Part shown: in pieces, positions 26,186 to 34,551 of the stretch | Layout of the letters: each line of letters starts with the position of its first letter | Position numbering within the stretch: the stretch's first letter is position 1 | Origin: an uncultured Verrucomicrobiales bacterium | GTDB lineage: Bacteria > Verrucomicrobiota > Verrucomicrobiia > Verrucomicrobiales > DEV007 | Assembly (NCBI GenBank): GCA_964439145.1 | Contig: CAYTNL010000017.1 | Location: 13,102 to 77,101, forward strand | DNA: 64,000 bases | Direction of reading: 5' to 3' | Position numbers and translations under genes: made by a program | The notes under the pieces: model-generated | What the model saw: the letters and a program-made list of their open reading frames with translations, nothing else | Databases searched by the model: none | Told to the model about the DNA's origin: nothing

Positions 26186-26950
26186 TCAATTTTCCCGCCC
26201 CCGCCACCGAAACTGGCTCAGGCGATGCCGGGCCTTGCGGAAGGGAAAGCTCCATCCGGCGCGGTGACCGTGTTTGCGGAAGGCGTGGAGACACTCCCGA
26301 TGATTGGCGAGGATGTTGCGCAGGCTCCGGTTGGTCTCGCCCCCGAGCCGCATGATGACCCACAGACGCGGCACATAGACCACGGGCAGCCGCGCGATTT
26401 CAAAGAACCGGAAGAGCAGCTCCCAGTCCGCGCCGAAGCGATACCGGGTGTCGAATCCGCCCCATTTTTCATAAGCCTCGCGCCTCGCGTGGAAGGTCGG
26501 ATGCGGCGGCATCCAGCCGTGGAAAAAGGCGCCGGGAGAGAACGCTCCCGCGGTCCATCGGCGGACGACATGCCGGGGATCGTCCCGTTTCACATACCGC
26601 AGGTCCGCGTAGCAGCCCGCGACATCGGGATCGGCGAAGGCGGCGGCGACCTCGGCAAGCACGGTGTCGGAGGCGTAGTAATCGTCGGCGTTGAGGAAAC
26701 CGATCACCTCGCCGGTGGCGCGGGCGAGGCCCTTGTTCATGGCGTCGTAGAGTCCGGCGTCGGGTTCGGACACGTAGTGAAAGCCGAATTCACTCCGCCA
26801 GGCGGCCAGTTTTTCCGCGGTGCCGTCGGTCGAGGCGCCATCGATGATCCAATGCTCCACGTCATCGTGCGTCTGCGCGGCGACCGAGGCGACACAATCG
26901 CGAATCGTGTCGGCGGCGTTGTGACAGACGGTGATGACGGTGATTTTCAC
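26186..26950 (-). CDS. Family 2 glycosyltransferase
   Basis: GTG at 26950 gives VKITVITVCHNAADTIRDCVASV...IIDGASTDGT...LNADD. Start overlaps the stop of the upstream sulfotransferase (GTGA). The longer ORF 26186..27277 upstream of this is out-of-frame shadow over the sulfotransferase. Confidence 0.8.
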   Translation of the reverse strand: MKITVITVCHNAADTIRDCVASVAAQTHDDVEHWIIDGASTDGTAEKLAAWRSEFGFHYVSEPDAGLYDAMNKGLARATGEVIGFLNADDYYASDTVLAEVAAAFADPDVAGCYADLRYVKRDDPRHVVRRWTAGAFSPGAFFHGWMPPHPTFHARREAYEKWGGFDTRYRFGADWELLFRFFEIARLPVVYVPRLWVIMRLGGETNRSLRNILANHRECLHAFRKHGHRAGWSFPFRKARHRLSQFRWRGREN

Positions 26951-27786
26951 GGGTCGATTTCTTGCTCGATCAGGGAAATGGTCTCGGAATCGAGTTCGTC
27001 CCGCCAGGTTTCGGCGTGTTCCGGTTTCACCGCCGCAATCATGGTCTCCATCAAGTCGGCGGAAAACGTAAGGCCGGTCGTTCCCCCGATCTGTTCGAGC
27101 GCGATCCTCGGATCGGCGATCAGGGCCTCGTAGCGGAGTTCGACCCATTGCGTCGCGGGGAAATGCTCGGTCAGATCCTCGCGGGCCGTGGTAACCAGCG
27201 TGCGCCATTGGCGGGCCAGCATGACGGGCGGGGGCAGGTCGAGCCAGTCGCGCCAACCGGTGGGGCGGGGCCCCCACCAGGGTTTCCTCTTTTTGCCCGA
27301 TATTCGCGGGTAGATGACGTCGCGAAAAAGCAGCGGCGCCAACGCGGGCAGGTCGCGGAAAGGTGTTTCCTTCAGGCGGGCAATCAAGCGCCCCCGATCC
27401 GGCGGTGTTTTCAACATGCGAAGCATCGACGCGACGACGGCGCGTCCGTCGCGGACAAGGTGAATGATGCGCGCATCCGGATAGAGCGCCTGGATGAACG
27501 GTAATCGCAGGGTGTTGCTCGGCGTCTTTTCCGCGAAACGAGAGCGACCGGTGGCCGCCAGGAATTTCGCGAAGCGATGGTCGATCCCGCTCGCAATCCC
27601 GGGTGTCAGGTCAGACGCGACCAGCCGGTCGTGATCGCGCCAGGCGTGTCCCTGGCACCAGATAGATCGGGGCTCTTCCCAGTAGGCGACGTCCGGGTGA
27701 CGCGAGAGGAGGTCTCCCAACATCGTGGTTCCCGAGCGAGGGCCGCCGATGATGAGGATCGGCTCGCGAATTCTGCGATCACTCAT
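26947..27786 (-). CDS. Sulfotransferase family protein
   Basis: 5'-PSB-like loop ILIIGGPRSGTTMLGDLL near the N-terminus and a 3'-PB-like IIHLVRDGRAVVAS. 279 aa. Confidence 0.7.
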   Translation of the reverse strand: MSDRRIREPILIIGGPRSGTTMLGDLLSRHPDVAYWEEPRSIWCQGHAWRDHDRLVASDLTPGIASGIDHRFAKFLAATGRSRFAEKTPSNTLRLPFIQALYPDARIIHLVRDGRAVVASMLRMLKTPPDRGRLIARLKETPFRDLPALAPLLFRDVIYPRISGKKRKPWWGPRPTGWRDWLDLPPPVMLARQWRTLVTTAREDLTEHFPATQWVELRYEALIADPRIALEQIGGTTGLTFSADLMETMIAAVKPEHAETWRDELDSETISLIEQEIDP

Positions 27787-27789
27787 GGT

Positions 27790-28353
27790 TCAGGCGGAAA
27801 TCACCCGGATGCCGACGCGTTGAGCGGGATTGCCTTCGTAGATGCCGAACGCTTCGAGTCTGCCTTTGCCAACCGCGCCGGCGGTGAGCATGGCGTGACC
27901 GCCGACATGGGTGCCGGGACAGATGATCGATTTCGCGGCGAGCCAGGCGCCGTTTTCGATGATGACGGGTTCGAGCCGTAGATCGAAGGACACCGAATTT
28001 CGGTCATGATTGCCGGTGAATATGCAGGCGCCTTGGGATAGGCAGGCGTGATCACCGATCAGGACCGGAGCGACATTGTCGATCCAGACGTTTTCCCCGA
28101 TCCAGGCGTGATCGCCAATCTGGAGAAACCATGGATACTTAATTCTCAGTCGAGGTTTCAACACCACGCCACTTCCGACGTTCCCGCCGAAAAAACGGAG
28201 AATTGCCGATTTCATCGAGCTCGGCCAAGGGATCTCGATCTCGAAAACGAACATGCTGACCACATACCAAAGCGCTCGAAGCCACGACGGGCCAGGGTCA
28301 TAGTCGCTGTTGTCGTAGCGCGACAGGTCGATTTGGGGCGATGAAGAAGCCAT
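27790..28353 (-). CDS. Hexapeptide-repeat acetyltransferase (WcaF-like)
   Basis: N-terminus IDLSRYDNSDYDPGPSWLRALWY resembles colanic-acid WcaF. Left-handed beta-helix repeats (IGDHAWIGENVWI, IGDHACLSQGACI, IENGAWLAAKSII). Confidence 0.75.
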   Translation of the reverse strand: MASSSPQIDLSRYDNSDYDPGPSWLRALWYVVSMFVFEIEIPWPSSMKSAILRFFGGNVGSGVVLKPRLRIKYPWFLQIGDHAWIGENVWIDNVAPVLIGDHACLSQGACIFTGNHDRNSVSFDLRLEPVIIENGAWLAAKSIICPGTHVGGHAMLTAGAVGKGRLEAFGIYEGNPAQRVGIRVISA

Positions 28354-29481
28354 CTAATGAAGTTTGATCGAATTGGGCGGAGGCGGAGATCCGGCTTTCA
28401 GGAGCCAATCATACACCGCCGAGAAGCGAGCCGCGATGGCGGGCCAGCGGTAGTCGCGATCTACGATGGAACGTCCGCGAGCCCCCATGGCGGCGCGTTC
28501 GGCATCGGAGAGCGCGATGGCTTCGGAGAGCGCGGCGGCGATATCGGAAGGCGACGGTGCCACACGCCAGCCGCAGTGTTCGCGCGTGAGGACATCCCAC
28601 GGGGTGCCGGTGGTGGTGATGACCGGGAGGCCGTATTGCATGGCCTCCGGGACGACGAAGCCGAAATTTTCCGAATGTGACGGGAGGACGAACAAGTCGG
28701 CGCGGCGAAAGGCGGTGTCTTTTCGATCCCCGAAGAGGGGACCGGAAAAGCGGAGGCGATCCGAATCGAGTCCGAGTTTGCCGGCCAGAGTTTCCAGGGC
28801 GGATCGATGTCCGCCGTCGTCGGGGCCGGCGATGATCAGTTTCCAATCCGGCGCGTCGAGATTGGCCCATGCTTCCAGCAGCAGGTCGACGCCTTTCTTC
28901 GGGTGAACGCGCGAGAGGAAAAGCACTTCGCGATTCGATTTCGGCGCGGCGACGGCTTCGGGATCGAGCGGCTCTGGTGGAACGGGATCGATCCCGAGTG
29001 GTATCTCGGCGATTGGCTGGCGGAGGCCGAATTCGCGAAGCCGCGCGGTTTCCGCCGGTGAAGTGGCGTGCAACACGTCGGCGGATTCCAGGTTGCGTCT
29101 CTGGTAGAGCCCCAGGGCGAGCCGTTTTCGCCAGGCGTGATGCCCGAGCGCCCAAGACTCGAGCATGCCGTGAGTGGACAGGACGAGAGGTAGTCCGGAG
29201 CGCGTGGCGAGCCACCCCGCGGCGACGGGTAGCCTGGCCCAGATACCATGCTGGTGAACGAGATCGAAGGCGTCTGTCGCATGAAAACCCCGGACGATTG
29301 TCGTGCGGTGGATCGGAATCGCATCGTCGACCGTGACGGGATTCGCGGTTTTCGGTGAGACCAATTCGTATTGGAATTCGCTTCGGTCCGAATGCGCCAA
29401 CGCGTTCACCAGTCCGGCCACCGCCACCGGCAAACCGCCGGCGTTGTGATCGAGCGTTTCGACGGCGTGGAGGATGCGCAT
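28354..29481 (-). CDS. GT-B fold glycosyltransferase (family 4-like)
   Basis: MRILHAVETLDHNAGGLPVAV...; C-terminal E-x7-E-like SHSENFGFVVPEAMQYGLPVITT. Abuts the acetyltransferase gene with no gap. Its ATG overlaps the recG stop (TGATG). Confidence 0.8.
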   Translation of the reverse strand: MRILHAVETLDHNAGGLPVAVAGLVNALAHSDRSEFQYELVSPKTANPVTVDDAIPIHRTTIVRGFHATDAFDLVHQHGIWARLPVAAGWLATRSGLPLVLSTHGMLESWALGHHAWRKRLALGLYQRRNLESADVLHATSPAETARLREFGLRQPIAEIPLGIDPVPPEPLDPEAVAAPKSNREVLFLSRVHPKKGVDLLLEAWANLDAPDWKLIIAGPDDGGHRSALETLAGKLGLDSDRLRFSGPLFGDRKDTAFRRADLFVLPSHSENFGFVVPEAMQYGLPVITTTGTPWDVLTREHCGWRVAPSPSDIAAALSEAIALSDAERAAMGARGRSIVDRDYRWPAIAARFSAVYDWLLKAGSPPPPNSIKLH

Positions 29482-31544
29482 CAGGCGTCGGTCTGGTTTT
29501 CCAACATCCCTCTCGCAATCTCCCGGGCCCGCTGAACGAGCGCGGTGTCAGTGAGAAACTCTGCGAATGCCAGGTCCGGCAGTCCGCTCTGGGCGGTGCC
29601 GAGCACTTCGCCGGGACCGCGGATTTTCAGATCGGCCTCGGCGATGCGGAAGCCGTCGCGGGTTTCCTCCAGCACGGACAGCCGTTGGCGGGCTTCGATG
29701 TTTTCGGGTTCGATCATGAGCACGCAGTAACTCTTATGCTCGCCGCGTCCGATGCGGCCGCGCAACTGGTGGAGTTGGGCGAGTCCGAATCTCTCCGCGT
29801 TGAAGATCAGCATGAGGTTGGCGTTGGGCACGTCAACGCCCACTTCGATGACTGTGGTGGAGACCAGCACCCGGATTTCCCCGGCGCGAAAGGCGGTCAT
29901 GACCGAGTCCTTTTCCTCCGGCGTCAGGCGTCCGTGGAGCAGGCCGCAGCGCCAGCCCTGGAAGCGTTTTTCCCAGGCCTCGAACTCCGCGGTGGCGGCG
30001 GCGGACTTGATCTTCTCCGATTCCTCGATCAGTGGGTAGACCAGATAGGCTTGTCGCCCCTCGCCCAGCTGGTCGCGGACGAAATCCGCCGCCGCCTCCA
30101 GCTTGGAGGTGTCGCGGATACCGGTGATGATCCGGCCGCGTCCCCGGGGGAGTTCGTCGATGATGGACACGTCGAGATCGCCGTAGATCGACAGCGTCAG
30201 GGTGCGCGGGATGGGCGTGGCCGTCATGATGAGCACATCCGGGCGCGAACCCCGGGCGGCGAGGGCTTCGCGCTGGGCGACGCCGAATTTGTGCTGCTCG
30301 TCGATGACCACCACGCCGAGAGGTCGGTCGAAGTCGTCGCCATCGCCATGGATGAGCGCGTGGGTGCCCACCACGATGGAGCCGTGGTGGGAAAAAAGCG
30401 GCAAGGCCCCGCCGTCTTCCTTTCGGGAGCCGGTCTTCAATTTCACCGTCACGCCCAGCGGCGCCAGCGAGGCGCTGAGATGGCGAAAGTGCTGCTCGGC
30501 GAGGATCTGGGTCGGCGCCATGAGAGCGGCGTCGAATCCCGCCTCCACCCCGAGCAGCATGGTGGCGGTGGCGACGAGCGTTTTTCCCGAGCCGACATCG
30601 CCCTGCAGCAGGCGGTGCATGGGACGCGGCGCGGCCAGGTCGGCGCGGATCTCGGCGATGGCCCGGGTCTGGGCGCCGGTGGGGGAAAAGGGGAGGGCAG
30701 CGATCCAGCGATCCAGCAGCGCGCCATCGCCCGCGTGGGGGCTGCCGCCGCCCGATTCCCAGGCCTCGCGCCGACGCAGCAGGGCGAGCTGGAGCAGGGA
30801 AAACTCCTCCAGGGCCAGGTAGCGCCGGGCGACCGCGAGGGTGTCGAAGCTCTTGGGAAAATGCAGCTCGCGGATGGCGCGGGCGCGGAACCAGCCCGCG
30901 TCGTCAAAGGCCCCGTCCGGCAGCAGATCGGGGAGATCGTCATCGGTGATGGCCTCGAGCGTCCGATGGATGAGAGTCCGCAGCGCTTTCTGCTGAAGTC
31001 CGGCGGTGAGCGCGTAGACCGGGGTGATGCGGCCCATGTGGATCTCCGCCGCCTCGGTGTCGCCCTCTTCGTCGATGATTTCAAAGTCCGGGTGATCCAT
31101 CACCAGGCGTCGTCCCTTTTCCTTGGGTAGGCCGTAGAGGATGAGGGTCTGTCCGGTGGCGATGAGCTTGCCGATGTGCGGCATGTTGAACCAGCGCAGA
31201 GCGAGCCGCCCGCTCATCACATCGCCGCCCGGATCCTCGACCGTGGCCTCGAAGTAGCGCCGTTTGTGGCCGGGCACGAACTTGGACTGGGTGTCAGTGA
31301 CCTCGCCGCGAAGGCAGAGAGGCTGGTCGGTCCCGTGATGGGGGAAGCGGTCGAAGCGGGTCCTGTCCTCGTAGCGGCGCGGGTGGTGGCGCAGCAGGTC
31401 GCCCACCGTCCGCAGCCCGAGCGCGTCGAGGCCGTCGCGCAGTTTCCGGTCGGCCGCCTTCGTCCCGCCGCCGAAGAATGGCAGCGCCTCGACCGGGGTG
31501 TCGGTCGAGATCACGGAGGGTCGGTCGGTGGCGGAGGACGTCAC
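29481..31544 (-). CDS. recG: ATP-dependent DNA helicase RecG
   Basis: Walker A GDVGSGKT, DEQHKFGV, MTATPIPRTL, LHGRL, QLHQLRGRIGRG. The start is uncertain: GTG 31544 is chosen because longer versions of ORF 29481..31922 would overlap the divergent DoxX gene and are Arg/Ser-rich. Confidence 0.85.
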   Translation of the reverse strand: MTSSATDRPSVISTDTPVEALPFFGGGTKAADRKLRDGLDALGLRTVGDLLRHHPRRYEDRTRFDRFPHHGTDQPLCLRGEVTDTQSKFVPGHKRRYFEATVEDPGGDVMSGRLALRWFNMPHIGKLIATGQTLILYGLPKEKGRRLVMDHPDFEIIDEEGDTEAAEIHMGRITPVYALTAGLQQKALRTLIHRTLEAITDDDLPDLLPDGAFDDAGWFRARAIRELHFPKSFDTLAVARRYLALEEFSLLQLALLRRREAWESGGGSPHAGDGALLDRWIAALPFSPTGAQTRAIAEIRADLAAPRPMHRLLQGDVGSGKTLVATATMLLGVEAGFDAALMAPTQILAEQHFRHLSASLAPLGVTVKLKTGSRKEDGGALPLFSHHGSIVVGTHALIHGDGDDFDRPLGVVVIDEQHKFGVAQREALAARGSRPDVLIMTATPIPRTLTLSIYGDLDVSIIDELPRGRGRIITGIRDTSKLEAAADFVRDQLGEGRQAYLVYPLIEESEKIKSAAATAEFEAWEKRFQGWRCGLLHGRLTPEEKDSVMTAFRAGEIRVLVSTTVIEVGVDVPNANLMLIFNAERFGLAQLHQLRGRIGRGEHKSYCVLMIEPENIEARQRLSVLEETRDGFRIAEADLKIRGPGEVLGTAQSGLPDLAFAEFLTDTALVQRAREIARGMLENQTDA

Positions 31545-31603
31545 GGGCGAAACCTGACACCGGGGATCAGACGGATGCCAATGAAATCCTGTCCCCGCCC
31601 TCC

Positions 31604-31643
31604 GAGCAGAGAGGGTTGGGTCTCCGGGTCTACCCTCTCGGGT
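31604..31643. repeat. Recurrent ACCCTsT-hexamer motif, divergent pair between recG and the DoxX gene
   Basis: gAGCAGAgagggttgggtctccgggtctaccctcTCGGGT. The left unit reads on minus (ggagacccaaccctcTCTGCT), the right unit on plus. Confidence 0.55.
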
Positions 31644-31695
31644 GGACGACGAATTTCTGTAAAGCCGGCGGCGGCTTCGGCGACCAATCCGGACG

Positions 31696-32115
31696 ATGAA
31701 AGATGCCACGGTCCTCTCCCGCCCGCTCACCCGTCTCAGTTGGTCGCTCCGCGTCGTGGTCGCGGTGATTCTGCTCCAGACACTGTTCTTCAAGTTCACC
31801 GGCGCCCCGGAATCGGTCCACATTTTCGAGACCCTGGGCCAGGAACCGGTCGGGCGCATCGGGTCGGGCGTGGTGGAGCTGGTGGCGGCGATCCTGCTGT
31901 TCGTGCCCGGTCTCACCGCCATTGGCGCGGCCTTGTCGCTGGGGGTGATCTCGGGTGCGATATTCTTTCACCTCACCAAGCTGGGCATCGGAGTGCGGGG
32001 TGACGGTGGTCTGCTCTTCGCCCTGGCGGTGGTGGTGTGGATCGGGAGCGCCCTGCTGCTGTGGCTGCACCGGGCGGGATTGCCGGTGGTGGGGAGGTTA
32101 TTTGGGAGAGCGTGA
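31696..32115 (+). CDS. DoxX-family membrane protein
   Basis: 139 aa with four hydrophobic segments. FFKFTGAPESVHIFETLG and GVVELVAAILLFVP are typical of DoxX-like proteins. Confidence 0.65.
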   Translation: MKDATVLSRPLTRLSWSLRVVVAVILLQTLFFKFTGAPESVHIFETLGQEPVGRIGSGVVELVAAILLFVPGLTAIGAALSLGVISGAIFFHLTKLGIGVRGDGGLLFALAVVVWIGSALLLWLHRAGLPVVGRLFGRA

Positions 32116-32128
32116 ACGCATGAAGGAA

Positions 32129-32413
32129 TCAATTCCCGGCGGATGCTGTTGATTCAAACTCTCCCAGCGCGCGGTAGAAATCTTCGGAATCGGGTTGAGT
32201 CAACTCCATAGCGAGGTTCGCAACCGCTCGAAGCGACTCTGAGCATTCCGGTCCGGAATCTTCAGCCATGTCATGGAGCGCAACGGAGAGATAACGAACC
32301 CTGCTATGGATGTTGGAGGTGGCCATCGACTCTCCGAAATGGAATCCAGCGTAGGTCCCGAAAAAACCTAGCGTCAGACTAAATCCCACCCAAAACGCTC
32401 GTTCCAATTTCAT
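32129..32413 (-). CDS. Small hypothetical membrane-anchored protein (94 aa) in a low-GC patch
   Basis: N-terminal TM (FWVGFSLTLGFFGTYAGF), acidic helical C-terminus. Local GC is clearly below the window average. Confidence 0.4.
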   Translation of the reverse strand: MKLERAFWVGFSLTLGFFGTYAGFHFGESMATSNIHSRVRYLSVALHDMAEDSGPECSESLRAVANLAMELTQPDSEDFYRALGEFESTASAGN

Positions 32414-32600
32414 GACATAGAACTGTGATGTTTCGTCGATTCCAATGTCGCAATCATGCCTCGCTTTCAGGTCGAGGTTGATGAGGTAATTGCCCGGGCT
32501 TTGTGCGCAAGGCCTAACGACGATTGTTTCTTTTCCTCGGCGCGATCTGGCTCACGGCTTTGGGAAAAGGTCTTCGTCAGTCACCGAGTGGGCGGTCGGG

Positions 32601-34412
32601 TCAGAGTTTCGAGTCGTCGGGCGGCGCGGCTTCGTCGTCGTCGTCCTCCGGCTGGTCGATGGAGAGGCGATCAATCATGGCGTAGAGTTTCGAATCGCCG
32701 ATGCCGGGTACGTTCGACACATCGTCGAAAGTGGCATAGGGACGGCTTTCGATGAGGCGCTTGGCCAGCGCGGGTCCGATGCCGGGGAGGGTGAGCAATT
32801 CCTCCTCGGTGGCGGAGTTGAGGTTTACCACGGGGCCGTCGGGTTCGCAGACCTCATGATCGTGGGCGAAATCGGCGCCGGAATCGTCGGCGGGTGTCTC
32901 GGTGTCTTTGCCGGCGACGTGATCGCTTTCGGCGATGCCGTCGATCTCCTCGTGGTCGGGCCAATCCTGGACGGGTTCGTGGCCAGTCTCGTCTGCGTGG
33001 TAGTCGTGGTGGAAAGGGTCGTGGCCGGGATCGTACTCATCGTGCCAACTCTCGTCGTGATCCGGATCGTAGGGGTGGCCCCACTGGTCGTGGTGCTCGT
33101 CCCGGGGCGCGTGGGGATCGTGGGGAATGTGACCGGATTCCTCCTCGTAGAGGTGGGCGTGTTCCTTCTCGTATTGTTCGATCTCGTGGCGATGGAGTTC
33201 TTGTTTCTCCTCCTCGGAGAGGTCGTCGTGGGATTTCGAGTAGAGGGAGGCGAGCCGCTGCTGGCGCTCCTGTTCCTCGGCCTGCCGGTCTTTCTCCCGT
33301 CGTTGCTCCATGAAGTAGGCGATCCAGATGCAGATCTCGTAGAGCAGGATGAGCGGTCCGCCGAGCAGACCGAGGGTGAAGACATCCGGCGGGGTGAAGA
33401 TGGCGGCGGCGATGAGGATGACGACCCAGGCGTAGGAGCGGGTGTTCCGCATCACGCGCGCGGTGAGGAGCTCCAGCTTCACGAGGATGACGACGACGAC
33501 GGGGAGCTGGAAGCTGATGCCGAAGACGAGGGTGAGCCGGGTGATGAAGTTGATGTATTCGCCGATCTGATAGCTGACGGTCTGGGTGGGTCGGCTGGAG
33601 ATGACGAGTTTTTCGTTGTCGGGATCGAAAAACAGGGACACTTCCGAGCCTTTTTCGACCACTAGCAGATCCCGGAGATAGTCGCGGACAGCCGCGCGAG
33701 TGTCGGGATCGAGAGCCGACCCGGTCTCGGCGGCGGGGGTGTCGGGCAAGTCGTCGGTTTCGGGGCTCGGGCCGACCTCGGGGGCGGGGAGTTCGGCGGG
33801 CGCTCCCAGCACTTGGACGGGAAGATACTCTTTCAGCACCTGCTCGCTGGCGGGCGGGGTCATGAGGCCGAAGCGCTCCAGGGAGAAGGTGTAGAAGAAT
33901 TTCAGGGCGATGGGCGAGGCCAGGAAGAAGGCGAAGCAGGCGCCGATGAGAAAGAGGATGAACCCGATGCCGACGCCGGGGACGACATAGCGTTTCTCGT
34001 TCTGTTTGAGTCCCGGCATGATGAACTCGCCCGCGAACCAGACGAGGAACGGGAAGGAGACGATGAGGGCCGCGAAGAAGGAGGTCTTGATCGAGAGCAT
34101 CAGGATCTCCTGAGGCTTCAGGGTGAAGAGGCTGATCTTGTCGAAGAGTGTGGTGCCATCCTCGAAGACCGCGAGTTTGGCGGGCACCTGGATGAATTCG
34201 AAGATCTGAAGGTTGAAGATGAAGGCCAGCATCGTGGTGACGATGATGAGCACGAGCATCTTGCCGAGGGTCTTGCGGAGATCCTCGAGGTGATCGAGAA
34301 AGGGTTTCTCGTAGGGATCGAAGCCCTCGTCGGCGCCGGGCCGGGATCGCCGCGCGCGGTTGGCGGCCTCGCGAGCTTTGAAGAGCTTCTCAAAGGCGAA
34401 TCGGAGAATCAT
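32601..34412 (-). CDS. tatC: TatC-family translocase subunit with a loop insertion and a C-terminal His/Asp-rich + ComEA-like HhH extension
   Basis: TatC core: PFLDHLEDLRKTL, six hydrophobic helices, FGISFQLPVVVVILV, IFTPPDVFT. About 105 extra residues lie between helices 3 and 4. The tail (residues ~369-603) contains NLNSATEEELLTLPGIGPALAKRLIESRPYATFDDVSNVPGIGDSKL, a ComEA-type (HhH)2 signature. Confidence 0.75.
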   Translation of the reverse strand: MILRFAFEKLFKAREAANRARRSRPGADEGFDPYEKPFLDHLEDLRKTLGKMLVLIIVTTMLAFIFNLQIFEFIQVPAKLAVFEDGTTLFDKISLFTLKPQEILMLSIKTSFFAALIVSFPFLVWFAGEFIMPGLKQNEKRYVVPGVGIGFILFLIGACFAFFLASPIALKFFYTFSLERFGLMTPPASEQVLKEYLPVQVLGAPAELPAPEVGPSPETDDLPDTPAAETGSALDPDTRAAVRDYLRDLLVVEKGSEVSLFFDPDNEKLVISSRPTQTVSYQIGEYINFITRLTLVFGISFQLPVVVVILVKLELLTARVMRNTRSYAWVVILIAAAIFTPPDVFTLGLLGGPLILLYEICIWIAYFMEQRREKDRQAEEQERQQRLASLYSKSHDDLSEEEKQELHRHEIEQYEKEHAHLYEEESGHIPHDPHAPRDEHHDQWGHPYDPDHDESWHDEYDPGHDPFHHDYHADETGHEPVQDWPDHEEIDGIAESDHVAGKDTETPADDSGADFAHDHEVCEPDGPVVNLNSATEEELLTLPGIGPALAKRLIESRPYATFDDVSNVPGIGDSKLYAMIDRLSIDQPEDDDDEAAPPDDSKL

Positions 34413-34551
34413 GGGATGACGTGGGAGGGGGCTGTCGGGTTCGGAAAGGGGCGGAATCTAGCGCCAAATCGCGCGACGGCAAAGAACGGGAAAGGGCGTC
34501 CGCGATGGAGCTGGCATGATCGAGGCCAGACCCCGGGGGCGGGGATTTCCG

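Noticed and set aside
26951-27277. N-terminal extension of the GT2 ORF (26186..27277)
   Set aside because: The extension overlaps the sulfotransferase gene out of frame and is Arg/Pro-rich. The GT2 family N-terminus (KITVITVCHN) begins at GTG 26950, which overlaps the sulfotransferase stop.
31545-31922. N-terminal 126 codons of the recG ORF
   Set aside because: The composition is Ser/Arg/Thr-rich and unprotein-like. It would overlap the divergent DoxX gene and run through the intergenic motif pair at 31604-31643. RecG homology starts downstream.
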